64,000 bases of DNA from Catajapyx aquilonaris (taxonomy: Eukaryota), in contig KZ538001.1 in assembly GCA_000934665.2 (NCBI GenBank), positions 124,001 to 188,000 on the forward strand. Direction: 5' to 3'. The notes beneath the pieces were generated by a model, which was not told where the DNA came from, ran no database searches, and saw only the letters and a program-made list of their open reading frames with translations. Both the position numbers and the translations under genes were made by a program. Each line of letters opens with the position of its first letter. Positions within the stretch are counted from its first letter, which is position 1. Below, one piece after another: positions 1 to 15,300 of this stretch.

Positions 1-3000
1 CATGTCGAAACGTTGGCGTTGATCGCTGCTGCTGCTTCCATCCCATATTTCTTTAACCAGCCTCCTCCTCCTCCTCCTCCTCCGTCGGTAGGAAGACTGC
101 TGCTTCCAATATTCATAGTGTTGATTTGCTCCAGGACGCACCCATCCGTGTTTTCTCACAGATGCCCGAATCAAGGAATTCAAATGTTGCCATACACTGT
201 GACTAACAAATAACTCGATTTGGAACTTCCAACTTTTCCTTCCCTTTTTTATGTTGTGGTACCTTGAGACTTATAGTATATTCAGTGAACACGCTTCCAC
301 GATACCACAACGAGCTTCCAGCCTGTGTCACCTCCCAATCGGTGGACACTGCCGCTGCAAGCGACATTAATTTCACCACTCTTGTAGATCGGGAGCTGGA
401 AACACAAAGGGGTAAAGTAATTAGTCTGTGCTGAGCTGACATTGCACACGTGCCGCAGGCCACCCGTTATTTTGCAATAATTACATACCAATGATTCCAT
501 GGTCGGTGCCCTTTTCGCTTTTTTTTCCTAAGGATACTTGGCCATGCTATGCAAGGCCCGAGCACCAGTAGCATGTGTGGCAGTTGGATTGGAAATTAGT
601 TCATCGCACATGCCGCAGCTCGACTGGGTTGACCCCGTCGGGTTTTAAAGCAAGGAAGGAGGTATCAATGGTCGGCAGTGTTCGGTTCCACTAATAGGTT
701 CTATCAATCTGATTATGTCATGGCTAAAATTTCAAAAGGAATGCTTTTTTCGTAGCATTCACATTGCTCGCGTGACGATGGCTTTGCATCGGTTGGCCGT
801 ATACGGTACATGAGAGATTTGACGTCCCTGGGTCATCTCTCTGACCCTGCAGACTAGCCTTGACTAAGGCTGCCACGAGACAGCTTACAAGGACGCCTCC
901 AACCAGGTCCTCTCCCGACACCCAGCATATCCACTCCATTAGCGACAAAACTCACAACTCGTTCACAGCCCCATCTAGTGGATGCGGGAGTGTCATATGT
1001 ACTGTATAAATATGCGATGAGATCGCCAGAAATCTGGAAAAATGTCACGTATCTCTTCCCCTGTCTTGATTGCCTCCTCGGGAAACATCACTTAGGTGCC
1101 ATCGGCAAGTGCATCTGTGACAAAACTCAGTTGTCTACTCGGCGAACTGGAAGAAAGAATCAAATGAAAGGGGGGGAGATGGCGAGGAGGGAGAGACGGT
1201 GACGATCCGGTTGGAATGGTTAGCCAATGGCACTTACCGGCCCCATCCCGGACCTGGCCCTTTTTACGGTGAGGTAACGAAAGACTAAACACGGCCATTT
1301 GATCCCCTTCTTTCTTCTGTTGATGGTGCCGTCAGCGGACGAAATGGAGCTTCTTGGTTCCCCTGGAAAAAGGCGATGGAAGAGAGAGAAAGAGACCTTC
1401 TGCAATGCAGAGAAAAACTTGTCCCAATCGACAAGGCTAATAATTTCATCGGCCGCGATTATTTCTGGACTCCCCTGTTATTGACCCTGTCTGCAAGTTC
1501 CAAGTTTTTCCAAATTTCGATACCGTCCAGCGTCAAGGGTAGTATTGTCACTTTCTTTACGACCACACCTCTCCCACCCTCCCAGGCTGGATTCATCGAT
1601 TGGCACTTGACTCGGCAACGGGATCAAGCGACAGTCTGAGGATTTATTGCGCACGGACTCGTGTCTGTCGTGCAGCAACTACCAGGTCATTCTTGCTCTG
1701 TGTGAGCGCTAATGGCCTGCGTGTTATCGCTGGCTGAACCTGCTGACTCCCGATATTTCCATATGAAAGAAATACGAGAGCAACCATGCATCAGAGGCTG
1801 CACTGGCGAATCACAAGCAGAATAGGACATGAGTTCTGGTTTATTATACAAGGAGCGCAAGTGGCATGCATGGCGTATAAGGATTTTCTAGTGGTGTAAG
1901 TGACTAGTCAATTATTCAGTCTACCGCAGCGGTAAGTGCTGCGTACCTGATGCAGAGAGGGTGCCAAGTTGGACTGCGGAGGTACGACGACGGTACCTAA
2001 GGAGGGAAGAGGTGTAATTAGGATCTGTGAGAAAGGATTCATTCTCTGTCGAGTGAAGACATGGCGAGTGGTTCATGGTCCGGGATCTTGGTCCGGAGTT
2101 GCCCCCCAGAACCGGGGTCTCGCTTAATCCTAATAGAGTGCAGGCTCTAGGGTGCACTTGTCTTGCATAATGGAGGCAGCAGGAGAAAAGCCCCATGTTT
2201 CTGGTGCACCTTTAGAGGGTGGGGGTGGGGGGGCGAAGAGGAGCGGGAACGGCGGCATCTCGCTTTCAACTTGGGTCGCATTTGTATAGAGGAGTGTGCG
2301 GAGAGCCACACAAAGACGAGCCCGTTAACCCAACTGCTGGCTGTCATCCCAAGTGCAATCTCCATGGGAGCCAAGTAGACGGTGGGCTGCAGCTGCGGCT
2401 TTGCGGTCGAGTCCTTCGATCCAACTCGCTGCATGCAATTTGTACGGGCTATCTTTGCTGTGTCCTGCTGCACTTTGCTTCGGCCAACAAGCTCTCAAGA
2501 ACACTCTTGGATATTGGGACCGGACACTGCCATCAGACACCGACGGAATTATTCACCTTCGGAAGCTTCAGTCTCTGCAGGTCGTGTTGTACTGACTGAT
2601 GGTGTTGACCACTTGCAGTCTGCTGGAAGAGAAGCGCTTTTAGGACCCGTTTGGCAATTGGTTTTACACGGAATGGCACCGACATGTCCATATTGTGCAG
2701 CCGCAATAGAAATCACGCGATTATGACATTCAAACATTTTGCAGAAAAATACTCGTTCTAAGGACGTAACAGTGCGTTACACAGTAATATTAGTGACAAA
2801 GAGTATGGCTGTGTATTAAACACTTCCAACTCGTTTATACAGGATATGAAATTATGTGCATTTGTTCATTGGGCAGGGCTGGGAGCGATCTTGCTTCGCA
2901 TTTTTGCGCTGGAAGCGTTTTTTTCGCTAAAAATTCCAGGCTTATGAAAAACTAATTTCATCAACGAATCGAGGTCCATAATATTGATTGTTACCTTTTT

Positions 3001-3258
3001 AACTTCGACTAGAAACCAAGTTGGTTTCCACTTAAAATAAAGAATAAATGCCAATATTGGCAAAATTTCACTCTAGGTTGAGCCTAATTGGAAAGTCATA
3101 AAATTTGTAACGATAACGTTGCTTGGAGTGGCTATTTTGTGTGCTATTCAGTCGTTCAGCGAGTTCAACACACTGCACTTTATGCTAGTTAGTTTCCCAC
3201 TTATAGTCGAATTTGTTCAGAACCATGTAGTAATGACTATATTTTTTGTAACAGCATG

Positions 3259-3280
3259 TCTTTCTTCTTTCTAGGTAAGT
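3259..3280 (+). promoter_or_regulatory. Candidate recursive splice site (ratchet point)
   Basis: tctttcttctttctAG|GTAAGT: a pure pyrimidine tract and acceptor fused directly to a consensus donor, on the sense strand of a very long intron. Confidence 0.65.
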
Positions 3281-6200
3281 GAAAGCACCACATTTCGAGT
3301 TGTTTATGGCGCAACCGAGTACAGGTAGGACAAGGCATCAGCATAATGCATGAAGGCATATACAGTAGTTCTGTGAAACTTCACCTTGTTAATCCTCTTG
3401 CCCCAAGAGAGCCTTTACAGTGTTTCAGTAAGGCCGAGCGGAAAGGAACATTTTTTTTTGCCAAGCTTGTTTTACAGGGTAACTGTGACAGCACTATGCT
3501 TTCACCGTCGCATTACCAATGCGAGAGAAAACTAGGTCCATGACAACGTAGGGCGGCAAAGCAAATGAAGCAAAAATGCGAAGTTCTTTGTTGATGTGTG
3601 GTGTGTGGCGCATGTGCCGGCTGTGCAAAGAAATCTTGGCCAATTACTTCCCTTCCACATGTAGGCCAGAATGCGCCAGGGGTTAGTTCCGAGCTCCATG
3701 TAAATTTTTGTAGACGGTCCCCGGCCCAGGCTCTCTAACCCTCCATTCTGTTGACCTTGCTTATATACGAGCCTGGAAATGAAGCTGAGAGAGAGGATGG
3801 GGGAGGTTGGGTTCATCACAGTCAGGGGACGGTGTCACGCATTTGTAGTCTCCGAGGCATGGTTCAAGGGACAAAAAGTATACAACCGTCGGGAGCATTG
3901 TGACAAGAATGGATGTGGGTTTGAGTGACATCATGTGAAAAGGTGGCGGTCCTACTAAAGCGGGCATAGGAGGGATAACAAAGGGTGGGGGAGCTGCGAA
4001 CGCCCATTAGCACACGAATCGAGTCAAATTGATTGCACCATGAATGGGTGAGCTCTGATGCGCTTGCACTTGCAACACACGCGTGATTGCCGGTCTGGGC
4101 TCTCCTGCTCTGCACCATACCGACTGCCCTCTGGTTTAGTACGTAGAAGAGCCGTGGTTAGGCATCTGTTTAGCAGGCTGCAACATTCCACTCTTGATCT
4201 TGGGGACCTCCACACTCGGCTGGTGGTGATGTGCAGTGCGAGCTGGAGCGTGAAAAACGCGGCCTAGGCCTGAATAGTTCTTGGGGAGGTCCGGTTGGGT
4301 TGCCCAACCCGGTTTTATCGCAGTTTTATAGGTGTTGGGGATGGTCGAACGAGTTCACTGAGGCGCAGGGGTGCAGGCACTTGAAACCAAATCAGTGGTA
4401 ATGAGCAATGACAAGAGCGTTTTCCAGCGCGTGGCTTGGAGCTGGGAGGAAGGATTTCATGTTTGCTTCTCTTTTGCTGGAGCGTTGTCCTTATGCGGGC
4501 TGACCTCAAACTCATTCCCCGACACATCCGACCGACCGACTCTTCACCAACATTATTATTATTATTACTTTCCCCACGCATACTGATGAGGCCAGCATGA
4601 GATTTCCCGGTTGTAAGCGGATGTGCACTAGTCCATGCATCATGCATGGCGTTCCAGTTTTTGGATCCCCAATCCGCAGGTTATTAGGCTTACGTCCGAC
4701 ATTATCTGCGACTTTGCATAAAAATGGGCCGAGATTTTTTGGCAGGGATGGGAGAGACCCGTGGCAAATGGTTCGACCCGGGAGGAATGGCAGGAATAGA
4801 TTCGCTTGCATCCGCACCTTGTTCAGCATGTGGAGAGTATGGGGATCGATGTGTAGGGTATAAGGTTCGGACACATCCTCTTCCTAATTGAATTCATATC
4901 ATCAGCCACTCGACACTTCCCTTGCCGGAAGAAGTGGCTTCACTGCTGTTGCCATCACTTATGTCCGGGGTCATACCCTGCCATAAAGCCGACTTTGTTC
5001 TTTAGTGGAATATGCCTTCCAGATACGGCTGCCTAATGCATGGCTGCCTAATGCATGGCTGTGGCTGAACACCAACTCCCCTACGGTTAGGTCTCAGTTC
5101 TATGTAGTGTTTGCAGTAGATGGCTATTCCCAAATAAATAATCGGGAAACTGTATGAAACCAAAGGATCAGAAAGGGAAAGACTTCTCATATACAGTACC
5201 GAATCCAGGGATACAGGGAATATGGTCGACCAATCTGGCTGCGTATTTCAATATCATGGTAATTTTTTGAGGGTGTACCATACAGTCAGAGAGAGTAGTG
5301 TACTGAACACTTTTACCTCGTATCTTTAGGTATAGCATACGCCTCTCCTCTTCCACTCCAATCTCGTCCGTGGATTTTCTATCCCACTGCTATCTCTTCG
5401 GCATGTGGCTATATATCCAGAGAAGAGTTAATGTCTGGAAAGATATCGTGCAGGCCACCCTATACACCTAATGCGATATTCTAATACTCTCTGGTGATAC
5501 AAAATCAATGATACATACCTGTTCTGTAATGTCGATACTTTAGAAAATGAAACTTAAGTACAACAACAAAAGTTCAGTGTGTTGACTTTCTATGACATAT
5601 AGCGGAAGAAAGACGCTTTCAAAGATTGGCTTTTGCCCTGTCTCACTCTCATGTTTAATTCAGGTTGTTGCGAGTAATAATAACATCGTTTATGGAGCAA
5701 AATTTCAAGTCATTTTTTTTCTTCTATTGATAGCTTGGGTTGCGAAAAAACGAGCTTGAAAGTTGTATTTTAAAATAATTTGTTTTCCGGTTTTATGCCA
5801 CATCCAATCTAATGTATGCAAATTTTTAATGATATTTCATTGCACTAGGATGACACTGCGTAGCGGAATGGAATTATTTGCATTGATTTAACTATTTTAA
5901 TGAAGTATTCGATGTTGACTGCCTAAGCTACGTATACTAATCCAATAATATCAAAGCATCCTGCGCATATCGCCATTATTGCATATTTCACTAAAATATT
6001 AAATTAACTCAGCAGGCCATGTAATTTTCATTATAGAGTGTGGCATCCCAGCAACAAGTAAATAAAAACTCTATGCGCCCTTTTAGTCCGGTCTATGACA
6101 ATGTGTAAAATTGCACTGTAATAATCCGGATTTTTCCTACTGCAACGAACAATAGGAAACAAAACTCGGTTTCTATTTTGAATCAGATAGTATACCAACC

Positions 6201-9200
6201 TGGACTAAAAACCGCCAATCTTCGGTCACCTCGTGTGGTGTAAGACTTAGTGTCTGGTAGATTTTTCCGGGAGATAGAAAGCACTGCATTAACTTCATTC
6301 CCACGCTATAGCATAGCAGCCCTAATGTGACGCGACGCCTGCGAGCACAATTTTGCGTGCAGAATGTTTTATGCTCACCGATGGTACCAAAGTACACTCT
6401 CAGTATTCGGAACTACGGCTGGTTGCTACATCTGTGTTCACACGGTTATTACTTTTTCTCGCGTGCGTTCTGGCAACAGTTGAACGATGCTCACGCTTGT
6501 ACCGGCAAAATGATTGGCATGAGCATTTTCCGGACGTCGCTCATTTCAACGCCTTCGACATCTGCGTTTGTCGCATCATCTCTTGATTTTTTTTTCTCTC
6601 CCAGTAGTGCAGTCTGAAGAGTAAGGAAAAGAAAGTGAAAACCTGGGTAAAGATGAGAAAAGAAGTAGGGGCAGCTGTGCAAAGTTTGCGGATCCCTCGA
6701 CCTTTCTTCGTGTCTCTTCAACCTTGTTTCTTAGATCTCTGTTTTTTAACTCGTGGCTAGTGTTTGTTTAGTAGGAAAGGAAATGCAGTAAGCTACTCCT
6801 GTTAGCTGTCTGGAGTGTTTGAGCAAGCAAATTGTCCTCCTTGGCTACATCCGTCTTGTGTTGGCTTGGCAAAAATCTGCATATTTTCTTTTTGACAGAG
6901 GCGCAACTCGTGTGCAATAAGTAGAGGTCGCATCATTTGGAGTGCATGCTGTACTCTTCCCTTGAATCAATATCCGGCATGGGGGAACCATCTTTAATAC
7001 CCGGAACACTATTTGCCTCGGCTGGCTCATTTTATTCCCCCGCCATCTTGGAGTCATTTTCGCATGAGCAAGCAAACAATCCACTCGTACAAAAAAAGGA
7101 GCACGTTGAGGTGAATTATAGCTGTTCAAAGAACTCATTCAACGATGGATTGAAATGGGACTAGGCTGAACGTGTTTGCTGGAGGAAACCTTATCTGGTG
7201 TAGCGGACCGACTCCTAAATCTGCCTCATTGCGGTAGGTCCAGTGTGAGGATTTTACGAAACTGTAGAAAAGTTGGTTCACTCACATAATGAAAGTTTCA
7301 AAACATGTCGCAACGGGGAGTTGTGCTCTTTTTTTATACGTCAGCGGAATGTAATACGAGAGATTTAATTTAAAGTAAAGGGGTAGTGTATGGTTATGCA
7401 AAGTCATTATGATTGAAAAGTTTAGGAAAGTAGCCTACTTTGCTCGTACTGTTATAGTGTAGGTACTCATATTATAAACGCGGAGTCGAATGGAATTTTG
7501 CATGCTACGTTACACCACAAAAATTATTTGTTATCATATCCAGTGAGTGGCAATAAACGGGGAGAGAAAAAGACGCTTTTCCTCTACATGGCATTGGAAT
7601 ACTAACCATACGCCAGTGCCCCCAGGAATGCGCATTCCAAGGCGAAAATGACATTGGGGAAGGAATGGCAGCCGTACCGGTACCAACCAGAAGAGGCAAT
7701 ATTGAGTTGGTTTTTTGTGTGCCTTCTTTTTTTCATTTTCGTCGCCCACGGTTAAAAGTTACGCCGCGGAATAATTAAATTTATTATTAAATCCACTTAT
7801 GTGGTTTATCTATGTATTTAGTACATTCATAGCGTTCAACTGGATTTTATAACGAAAAGCTACAACAGACTTTCTACAAAAAATATACTTGTTCAGAATG
7901 GCGAATTTCTAGAGCGATTACGTTAGACCAGCTGAAAATTCGCAACTTTGAGCGCATATATGGTTGAACACAAGCAACCCTCTTTCAAGCCCTACTGTTC
8001 TGCAAGCAATGTGGCCGGCACAGTACAAAATAAAAAAGACCTAGGTTTTCAACAAATGGCTGGATTTGGATCCAAATATTGCATGTTTCACCCGTATTTG
8101 GGATCTCTTTGATGAGGGCACCAAAAACTGCCCCAAGGCACCCTTTCTTTATAGGGGGAGCAGTTTCCATGTGAGCACTGCGTGCGGTGCAGTAGGCTTG
8201 AAAGGCGATAGTACAGAGTGGGTTTTCCTGCGGCTACTGTTGGAAGAAACATTATTTGGTTGCATCGCTTTTCGCATAGAGGATGGGGATGGCAGAGTGT
8301 CCCCTACACCTTTGCCGATGCTAGTTGGAGCCAAGAGAGAGAATCGATAGCTAAAGCTGGGAGTGAGATTGGAAGGGAAACAGAGGGAGGGAGAAGGAGG
8401 AGGTGGTGGTGGGAGGCGGGGGAGGGAATGGGTTGGAGGGAGGCGTAATATTATCCCCGCCACCTGCCTGTTGGAGTGCATTTTATCAGGGGAACTGAGG
8501 AAATTAATGGGGGAGAAGGTCATTAAATCACGCTCCAAATTTCGGCCCAGGATCGAGTTCAATTAGAGGGTGATACATGTGCCTGTAATTAGTGAGTAAT
8601 CATCCCTGCAGAGTAGAAAAAATCTTTTCCCTTTTTATTCCTTTTTCGACCTTTTTTTAACTGCCTTTTTGGCGGTGGCAGTGGAATTGTGGCTTTTTGG
8701 ATGGCGGTCAGAGGTGTTATTGTCGTAGCTGGCCCGCAAGAGGGACCGCTTAACCAGGAACATTATTATTGGATAAGGGCACGCTAATGAAGGATGCTTC
8801 AAGCGTTCTAGCCAGAGGCTAAGGCGCCATTATTTACTACTACTACTTTTCAGTTCCTAAAGTTATCTCTACGAACACTTTGAAAGGTTCCAGTACCACC
8901 TTATGATCATATTGCTGCCCAAAGAGCTGAATTATTTATAATGCTATTAGTAACCATTTGCGCTCGGAAATTGCCTCATCTGTAGAATCGTTGAATCTGG
9001 TCAGAATCGATAAAACGAACTAGTTTAATGAAGTGCACAAAGCAGTAAACTTACTCTGGGAATTTAAGCCGTATCCGGGAGACCCAGAGTAAGGCGCAGC
9101 CAAATTACGCCGCCAGTTGCGACCCACCGCACCGGTATCTCTTGGAAATCGGTCTGTATTTTTAGAATTAAGCTGTGGTTAAACTGCACGTAGTTTAAAA

Positions 9201-9258
9201 TACGACGGTTTTTCGGTAGTCGCCTCGTCCATTCCCCAGCGAAGTGAGGGTGCGAAAA

Positions 9259-9313
9259 GTTTATCCTGAATGGTAGGCCACTCGTGGTGGGAGGCCTACC
9301 TTTCAGGATAAAC
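9259..9313. repeat. Short inverted repeat (hairpin)
   Basis: 21-nt arms gtttatcctgaatggtaggcc / ggcctacctttcaggataaac with one mismatch. Confidence 0.7.
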
Positions 9314-12300
9314 GTGGGGAACGGCCTGAAAAGACGGTATTGTCGGACTGGCTAGTGGCTTGTAGACTCCCAGATCGTTTTCAGATGGTTAAGGTCGAGA
9401 AAAAGATGATTTTGTGCAGCCCACCCCTTCCCTTCCCGGTTTCCCCATCCAGCAGTATCTGGCCAGCTCTTTCATCACCGCCAGCAGCAGATCGACTGAT
9501 AAGGCTGTACCATTATTCACCGCATGGAGCCTTCAGAAGCGAGGATTATTTCCCCCGCAATCTTGTACCCTGCGAACAAGGCCGAGGCAGGCAGCCAGGC
9601 GGATGTCATCATCTTCCCTTGGGTCCGGCCCCAGTGTTTTCTTTCGCCCGCATGAGCTTCCGGAATCCTGCTCAGTCAAGGGGCGGAATGAGGGGACGAT
9701 AATTGTTATTTTTTTTGTCTGAGTGGGCAGGTGGATGAGGCAACATCCGGGAGCAATCCAGCTCGTTAACAATCACACTTTTCCGGGGACCCCACCCCTA
9801 CTCTGAATCGATATCCGTTTTGTCCCNCCCCGTTGTTTTTGTTGCACACATGCCCGTCCCCCGCTTTGTTCTGGGATGCAATCATGTCGGTTTGGAGCGA
9901 TCCAGCTTGAAATGGGCCTGGACGTCTTTGGATGTATATTTCCGGCCATGGTGCCATGGAGGAACTCCATGGCACTCATTGCAACCGAATTCTTGCAATC
10001 AAGTGCGAGTGCCGTAAGAGGCATTCCGTCTTCCTTCATGAAGAAAACGGCCATTCTCTGGCCGTTATTCCTTCCTTGAAAGCTGTCCTGTCATGATAGC
10101 ATGCAATCTCTAATGTGACAGACTTAAGAGAGTTCGCGGCGTATTTTTGTAAAGGCGCCGCGAGTCTTCGTGTCTGCCTTTTCAGAGCGTAATCGCGACA
10201 TTTTCGGAATTGCCACTCGTATCCCGTCGTTTTTATTGCTACTGCTGCTATTTTCCTGCGCAGGTGCTTTCTTCCCCTTAACAATAGTGTCTCTCAACGT
10301 GGGCCACACTAAGTATTTCACGGGCTTTCTCTCCAAGAGGCAGCTCTTTCAGACGCTAGGATTTGGTAAAAGCTCATGGGGACCGACGAACCTCAGGGAA
10401 AACGTACACTGCGCACAGCTCTTGTTTTAGATCTACTTGGTTCGTTTCTGACATCATATTTCCGTGAGGGGAATGATTGAAATGATCCAGATTTTTGCAC
10501 AGTGTTAGGCCCAGAAGTATAGGTTGTGTCGTAAGGATTTGATATAAAAATTTCCTTAATTTGGACCAAATATTCATTTTATTTGTAGAGTCATATGTTC
10601 CTTTCAGGAGTATGTTAGTTGTTGCTAGGTTTTGCAGTTTGTGTAGTTATGTAGAAGCAGCAGCTGCAGTAGGTCTGCGGATCTCTGGCGACAAGGAGGG
10701 AGATTAAACCCCCTCCTAAACTTTTCTTCAGTAGTTTGGCGCTCCTTCTGCGCCCTGCTGCTGCTACTTCTTCTGTCACCGCCCTGAGACGATATTGGAT
10801 TATCTGTCGGTAATTTGACAGCTCTTCCAAGGGCGTGCTGTGGAATCCTGCAACAACAACAAAAAATACTTCCTGGCCTCTTATATGAAAACCGGTGGGT
10901 GATGGGAAGTGACCTGCCAACCATTTTGTTGGCCACGGAACCACTGTAAGGTGTGGCTTCTCATTGCTGGTATGAAAGAGTGGGCTTGTTCAGGTAGATA
11001 GTAACGTACCTGTCGTCGGGTAGGAGAGCAGAAAAGTGTGTCAGAGGCTGGTTCTGAATCATGATGAAGGTGGGGTTGTGAGAGCTGGTAAGCAGCGGCA
11101 GGCAGTTGGGCTCATTGGTATGGCAGGCAGGACAGGGCCTTGCTTGCGGTGTAGAACGGTATTGTGCTGAATGAACTGGGTTGTCGGGCAAGATTGGATT
11201 CTTCAAAGTCCCCCAAAATGGCTTGTTATTCCTGGGTGATTCCCCGGCGCAAATTAAGTGCGCTTTACGAGCCCGAAATCTTGTGTAGCCTAACTCGAGG
11301 CGATGAGACTTTACGGATTATGGTTCTAGGGAGATACTACCGTACCAACTTTCATTATCATTACAAAGGCTTAAATGAGTACGGGAAAACCTCTCCTGAG
11401 CAGTAAACACCTACTCTTGTCAGATATAGAGCTGTTTGTTGCGACTGCTTATTGCTTTCCGGAAATGCCTCCCTGGGCTTAACTGGTGTTTCTCTGTCTA
11501 TTCGTCGGTGTCTTGGACACATCTGTAGCATTGGTAGGCAAAGTTAAATGGGGCTATTCACCCGGCAGTTATCGCCTCTTGGCCTGCAGGCTGGCAATTT
11601 GGAAGGCGCCGTCATCTTACTGCTCTTTGACTATTTCCCAGGCTGACTCATTGCCAGCCTCTTTTACAGCTGTCCGAAAAGGGTTTGTTTCCACACCAAA
11701 GCGGGACACCCCAAGTTTGCCCTAGGAACCGGGCTTTGTTTAGTCGATTTGGTCGACCTGCCTGTGACCAGTTGGGAACCAGTGTCGCAACATTATCCCC
11801 TTTCCTCCAGCCATTTCTTCTTTTTTTGTTGTGCTTCTGGCTTTATTTTCCCCAGTCGGTTGCCCTGTTTCATTTCGGTCCCCTACTTACCGGGAGAAGC
11901 TCGACGAAAGAGCGGGGGAGAAAAGTCCTCAAAACGAGCCGAGTAGTGGGCACATGAAAGAAAATGGTATACTCTTAATTTTTTTTTGCCCCCTCCTCTC
12001 ATCTTGTTCGAAGTGGGTGGCGGCCTTTTTGGCGAAGAGCTAGTCTCCAGGGAGCTAGCCTGCAAGCACGTGTTTCCGGATGATGCATGGCCCGGGGACT
12101 AACTCGGCAAACTTTGCGCATTAAGAAGAGCACTCTTAGTCTACGAGTTGCTAATTTCAACATCCCTCTAACAAAGCATGAAGCACAGTAATCACCCTGA
12201 AGCGCACAGCCACGCGGTCCCAACAATGTGGGAGCTCCTCCCCGCTCCCCAAACAAAATGGAAGGCAGTTAGGTTTCTGCTGGAGGCCATGTTTAAAGGG

Positions 12301-15300
12301 TCAGGACTGATTTGACACGATGGTCAAACGGCAAGGGCATGCCAGTCGGGTCAGGGATCAGGCGATGATGTGGTTATGAGGAGCCTTTTTACAGGCGCGT
12401 TCCTGCGGCTGGAATTCCTAGCGACTGAGCAGTCTCGTTTCGATGCGCGTGGAAGAGAGGTGGGGGGAGGGGGGCGGGAGAGGGGAGGCCAGGGGGAGGG
12501 GGAGGCAAGCTCTGTGATCCCAGGGGATTCCAACCAATATCCCATACTGCACGGGCGCTGCCAACTTAATCGGAATCAAATATGGAAAGTGTTCTGTTGG
12601 GATTGTGGCTAGTGTGCTCCATCACGTGCCTGGAGTACCAGCTCAAACTGCTTTTTCTACTTCAAAAAGGATTGGGATGTAACATTCTGCAGTCAGTGTC
12701 CCGATATAACGCGTCAGTGGTCGATAACGAACCGCGACGGGTCCTTCTGACACTCCAATAACGTAATGAAACAAGCCTCCATAAAGGCAAGGCATTGAAA
12801 CGACTTCATTGAATTCAAGTGGTTTTGTGAGACTGGTCAGCCCCAGCCTGGGTCAACTCCGGGGCCAAGTTGGCTAACGAGAGGAGCTTGTAGGAAGGCT
12901 CCAACCTCTGCTCGGCTCTTCCTAGGGGCCAGGCTGTTGCTCGCGCCAGGCCAAATCTATAATGAGTGTATCGAATTCACCGGAGTGCTTAATTGGGGCC
13001 AATTAGAAGGTTGGAAAGGGGGGTGGAGGAGTGGACGGAGGGAGCACTTAGCTGCAGGTTTCCATACAGAATATAGAGATACTGTAAGTGTTGAGGGAGG
13101 TGGGAAGGAGCATCCCCGTGTAATGGCAGCACCGACCGACAATTTCCTCCGAGAGAGGCCAACTACTTGAACACCACTCCATCCAGAATCCCCAATTTGA
13201 CGGAAACGAATAGAGTTCTACTGGCTCGAGACTCCCAGCGGGCGATTGAAAGGCGCAGCGGGAGACAAATCCGCTTCTTCTGGCCTTAATTTTTTTTCCC
13301 GCGCGAGGCGAACTCGATGTAGCCATTTTTTTTTCTTTCTAAATAACTTCCATAGACTTTTCGTGTGCAAATTGGCGTCAGTTGTGTGACAGCGATGCGG
13401 TTCGTGGCTATATGACAACATAGCAACCATCGTGCAAATGTACGGGGAATAATGGTTAGTACATGCTTGACCCCTTTTCTGGGGGGCTCTCAAGGGAGGG
13501 TGTGTAGAAATTCGCTGGTTTCTCTCGATTAGGCTAATCAGGGCGCCTGGAGGCCTAGAACTAGCGATTAGGGACCGACCAAATGGCATTACAATAGCTC
13601 CAGGTTTTCTCGTCTTACTCTGTGGGACACATACCATAGTCCGCGGGCCATCTTTGCTCTTACGTACGGTACGCACGGGTTACAAAATACTGTAAGATAA
13701 TGCACTGAAATATTCTGGCCAAGTCAGCATAAGCCTTCAGTGCTCTGTTTCATTACCAGCTGTAAAACGATAGGTTTTCTCAGCATCGTGAAATGATAAT
13801 ACCCGCTGTCAGTTACGGTTCACGGGTTGATAGAGCAACTTTTGAAAATCAGCATTTAGATGTGTAATTGTAACGTCATATTGTTCGCACATAATTTGCT
13901 TTGAATGAGTGGAGCTCTTCCCAGCCTTTGGACAAAGCATGTATGGTTTTCCGGCGTTTGAAGCTGGTTTTTTGTGGTGCTGGGAGGTCAGTTTTTATGA
14001 TTAAACTACCACGTTTTGCTCCGGGACGTTCCTCATTGCCAAAGCAAATTACTGCAAAAACGATGGGGAATAACGTGAGTACCTGCCGCAGCGGGACACG
14101 GGCTATTATTTACCAAGTTATCGAAATCTGCAAAAGAGAAACAGCTGCAGGCAAGATAGCAAACGTTTGGGACCCCGGCTGATTCATTATAACTGAAGGT
14201 GCCTAAGCTGGACGTTAAAAGTTGCACGCTGCCCATTTTGTTACCTCCGGTCAGCGCTTCTACAAATCTCGTTTCCATCAATGCATTGTCAAAAATACAC
14301 TTTTTTGTCGCACGTTAAATTTACATTCTCCAGCTACCCGCTAATCATAGTCGCGCCCTGTGTTATTTTTTGGCTTTTTTCTGTGTGAAAGAACAAAATA
14401 ATATTTCTGGCGGACTGGAAAATGGTGTGAGAGGGTTGGATGCATCCCACGGGCGGCGTAAATTGATAAGGCATAAAAAAGTAAAGACAACAAGTGTGTT
14501 CGGCTGGGAAGTAAAGTCAGTTTTTGTGTGTCCCTGGAGTGGCGAGTGTGGCCGGTTATTCCCCGTGACATGAGGAGAGACTCGGGGTCCCGTCCGGAGT
14601 CTTCAAGCAAATCCAAACGACTGGGAACAGCCCAGCCCCTTGGAATTGCGGTTTCCTTTTTGCACCTGCATTATCCCAGACACCCGTGACCCGGCACCTC
14701 GGGGCCACTCGGGTCACGTAAATTAGATTTTCCCGGCGCCTAATGACCTGCGCTTGCAGGTGGTATCGGTGCTTCTAATGCATGGATGAAAAGTTATGCC
14801 ATAGGAGCTGCTTGGGGCAGGTAGGGTGGCAGGGTAAGGGAGAGCTTCCATAGTTTCTACAAACTTTCTCAGTGATAATTAATGCTTTAATTAATTCCAT
14901 CTGGGAGTTGTATTAGAACGCGCTACACATCACTGCCATATTACGCCATGTACAGTAAGGCGCCTTGTATTACGGGACGCTGTGCTCATTTGTTGGTGAC
15001 AGAGGAGTTGAATTGCAAACTCGGTTGTTGTTGTTTTTTCCCCCCCTTCAACCTGGTTGCCGGCAAGAGTTCCGAATGGGCTGGAAAGCGTTGCAAAAGT
15101 GGCGATTTGCGTGCAAGACTGACTTTAGCAGCTAGTTGGGATGGGGTCGTCTTTCCCATTGTGATAAGACAGACAGCCGCGGCGAAGTGCTCTTCAACTC
15201 GGTCAAGAATAATCCTGCAGCACAACTGCAACGCGGCCAACAGGATTCCCGAGCTCATTTTGTACCAAACACGTCCTAAACGAGCTTGGATAATCCTAGC

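Noticed and set aside
5310..5335. Further AG|GT juxtapositions (about 5329, 17905, 24803, 40170)
   Set aside because: Each has a weak donor or weak pyrimidine tract, as expected by chance in 45 kb.
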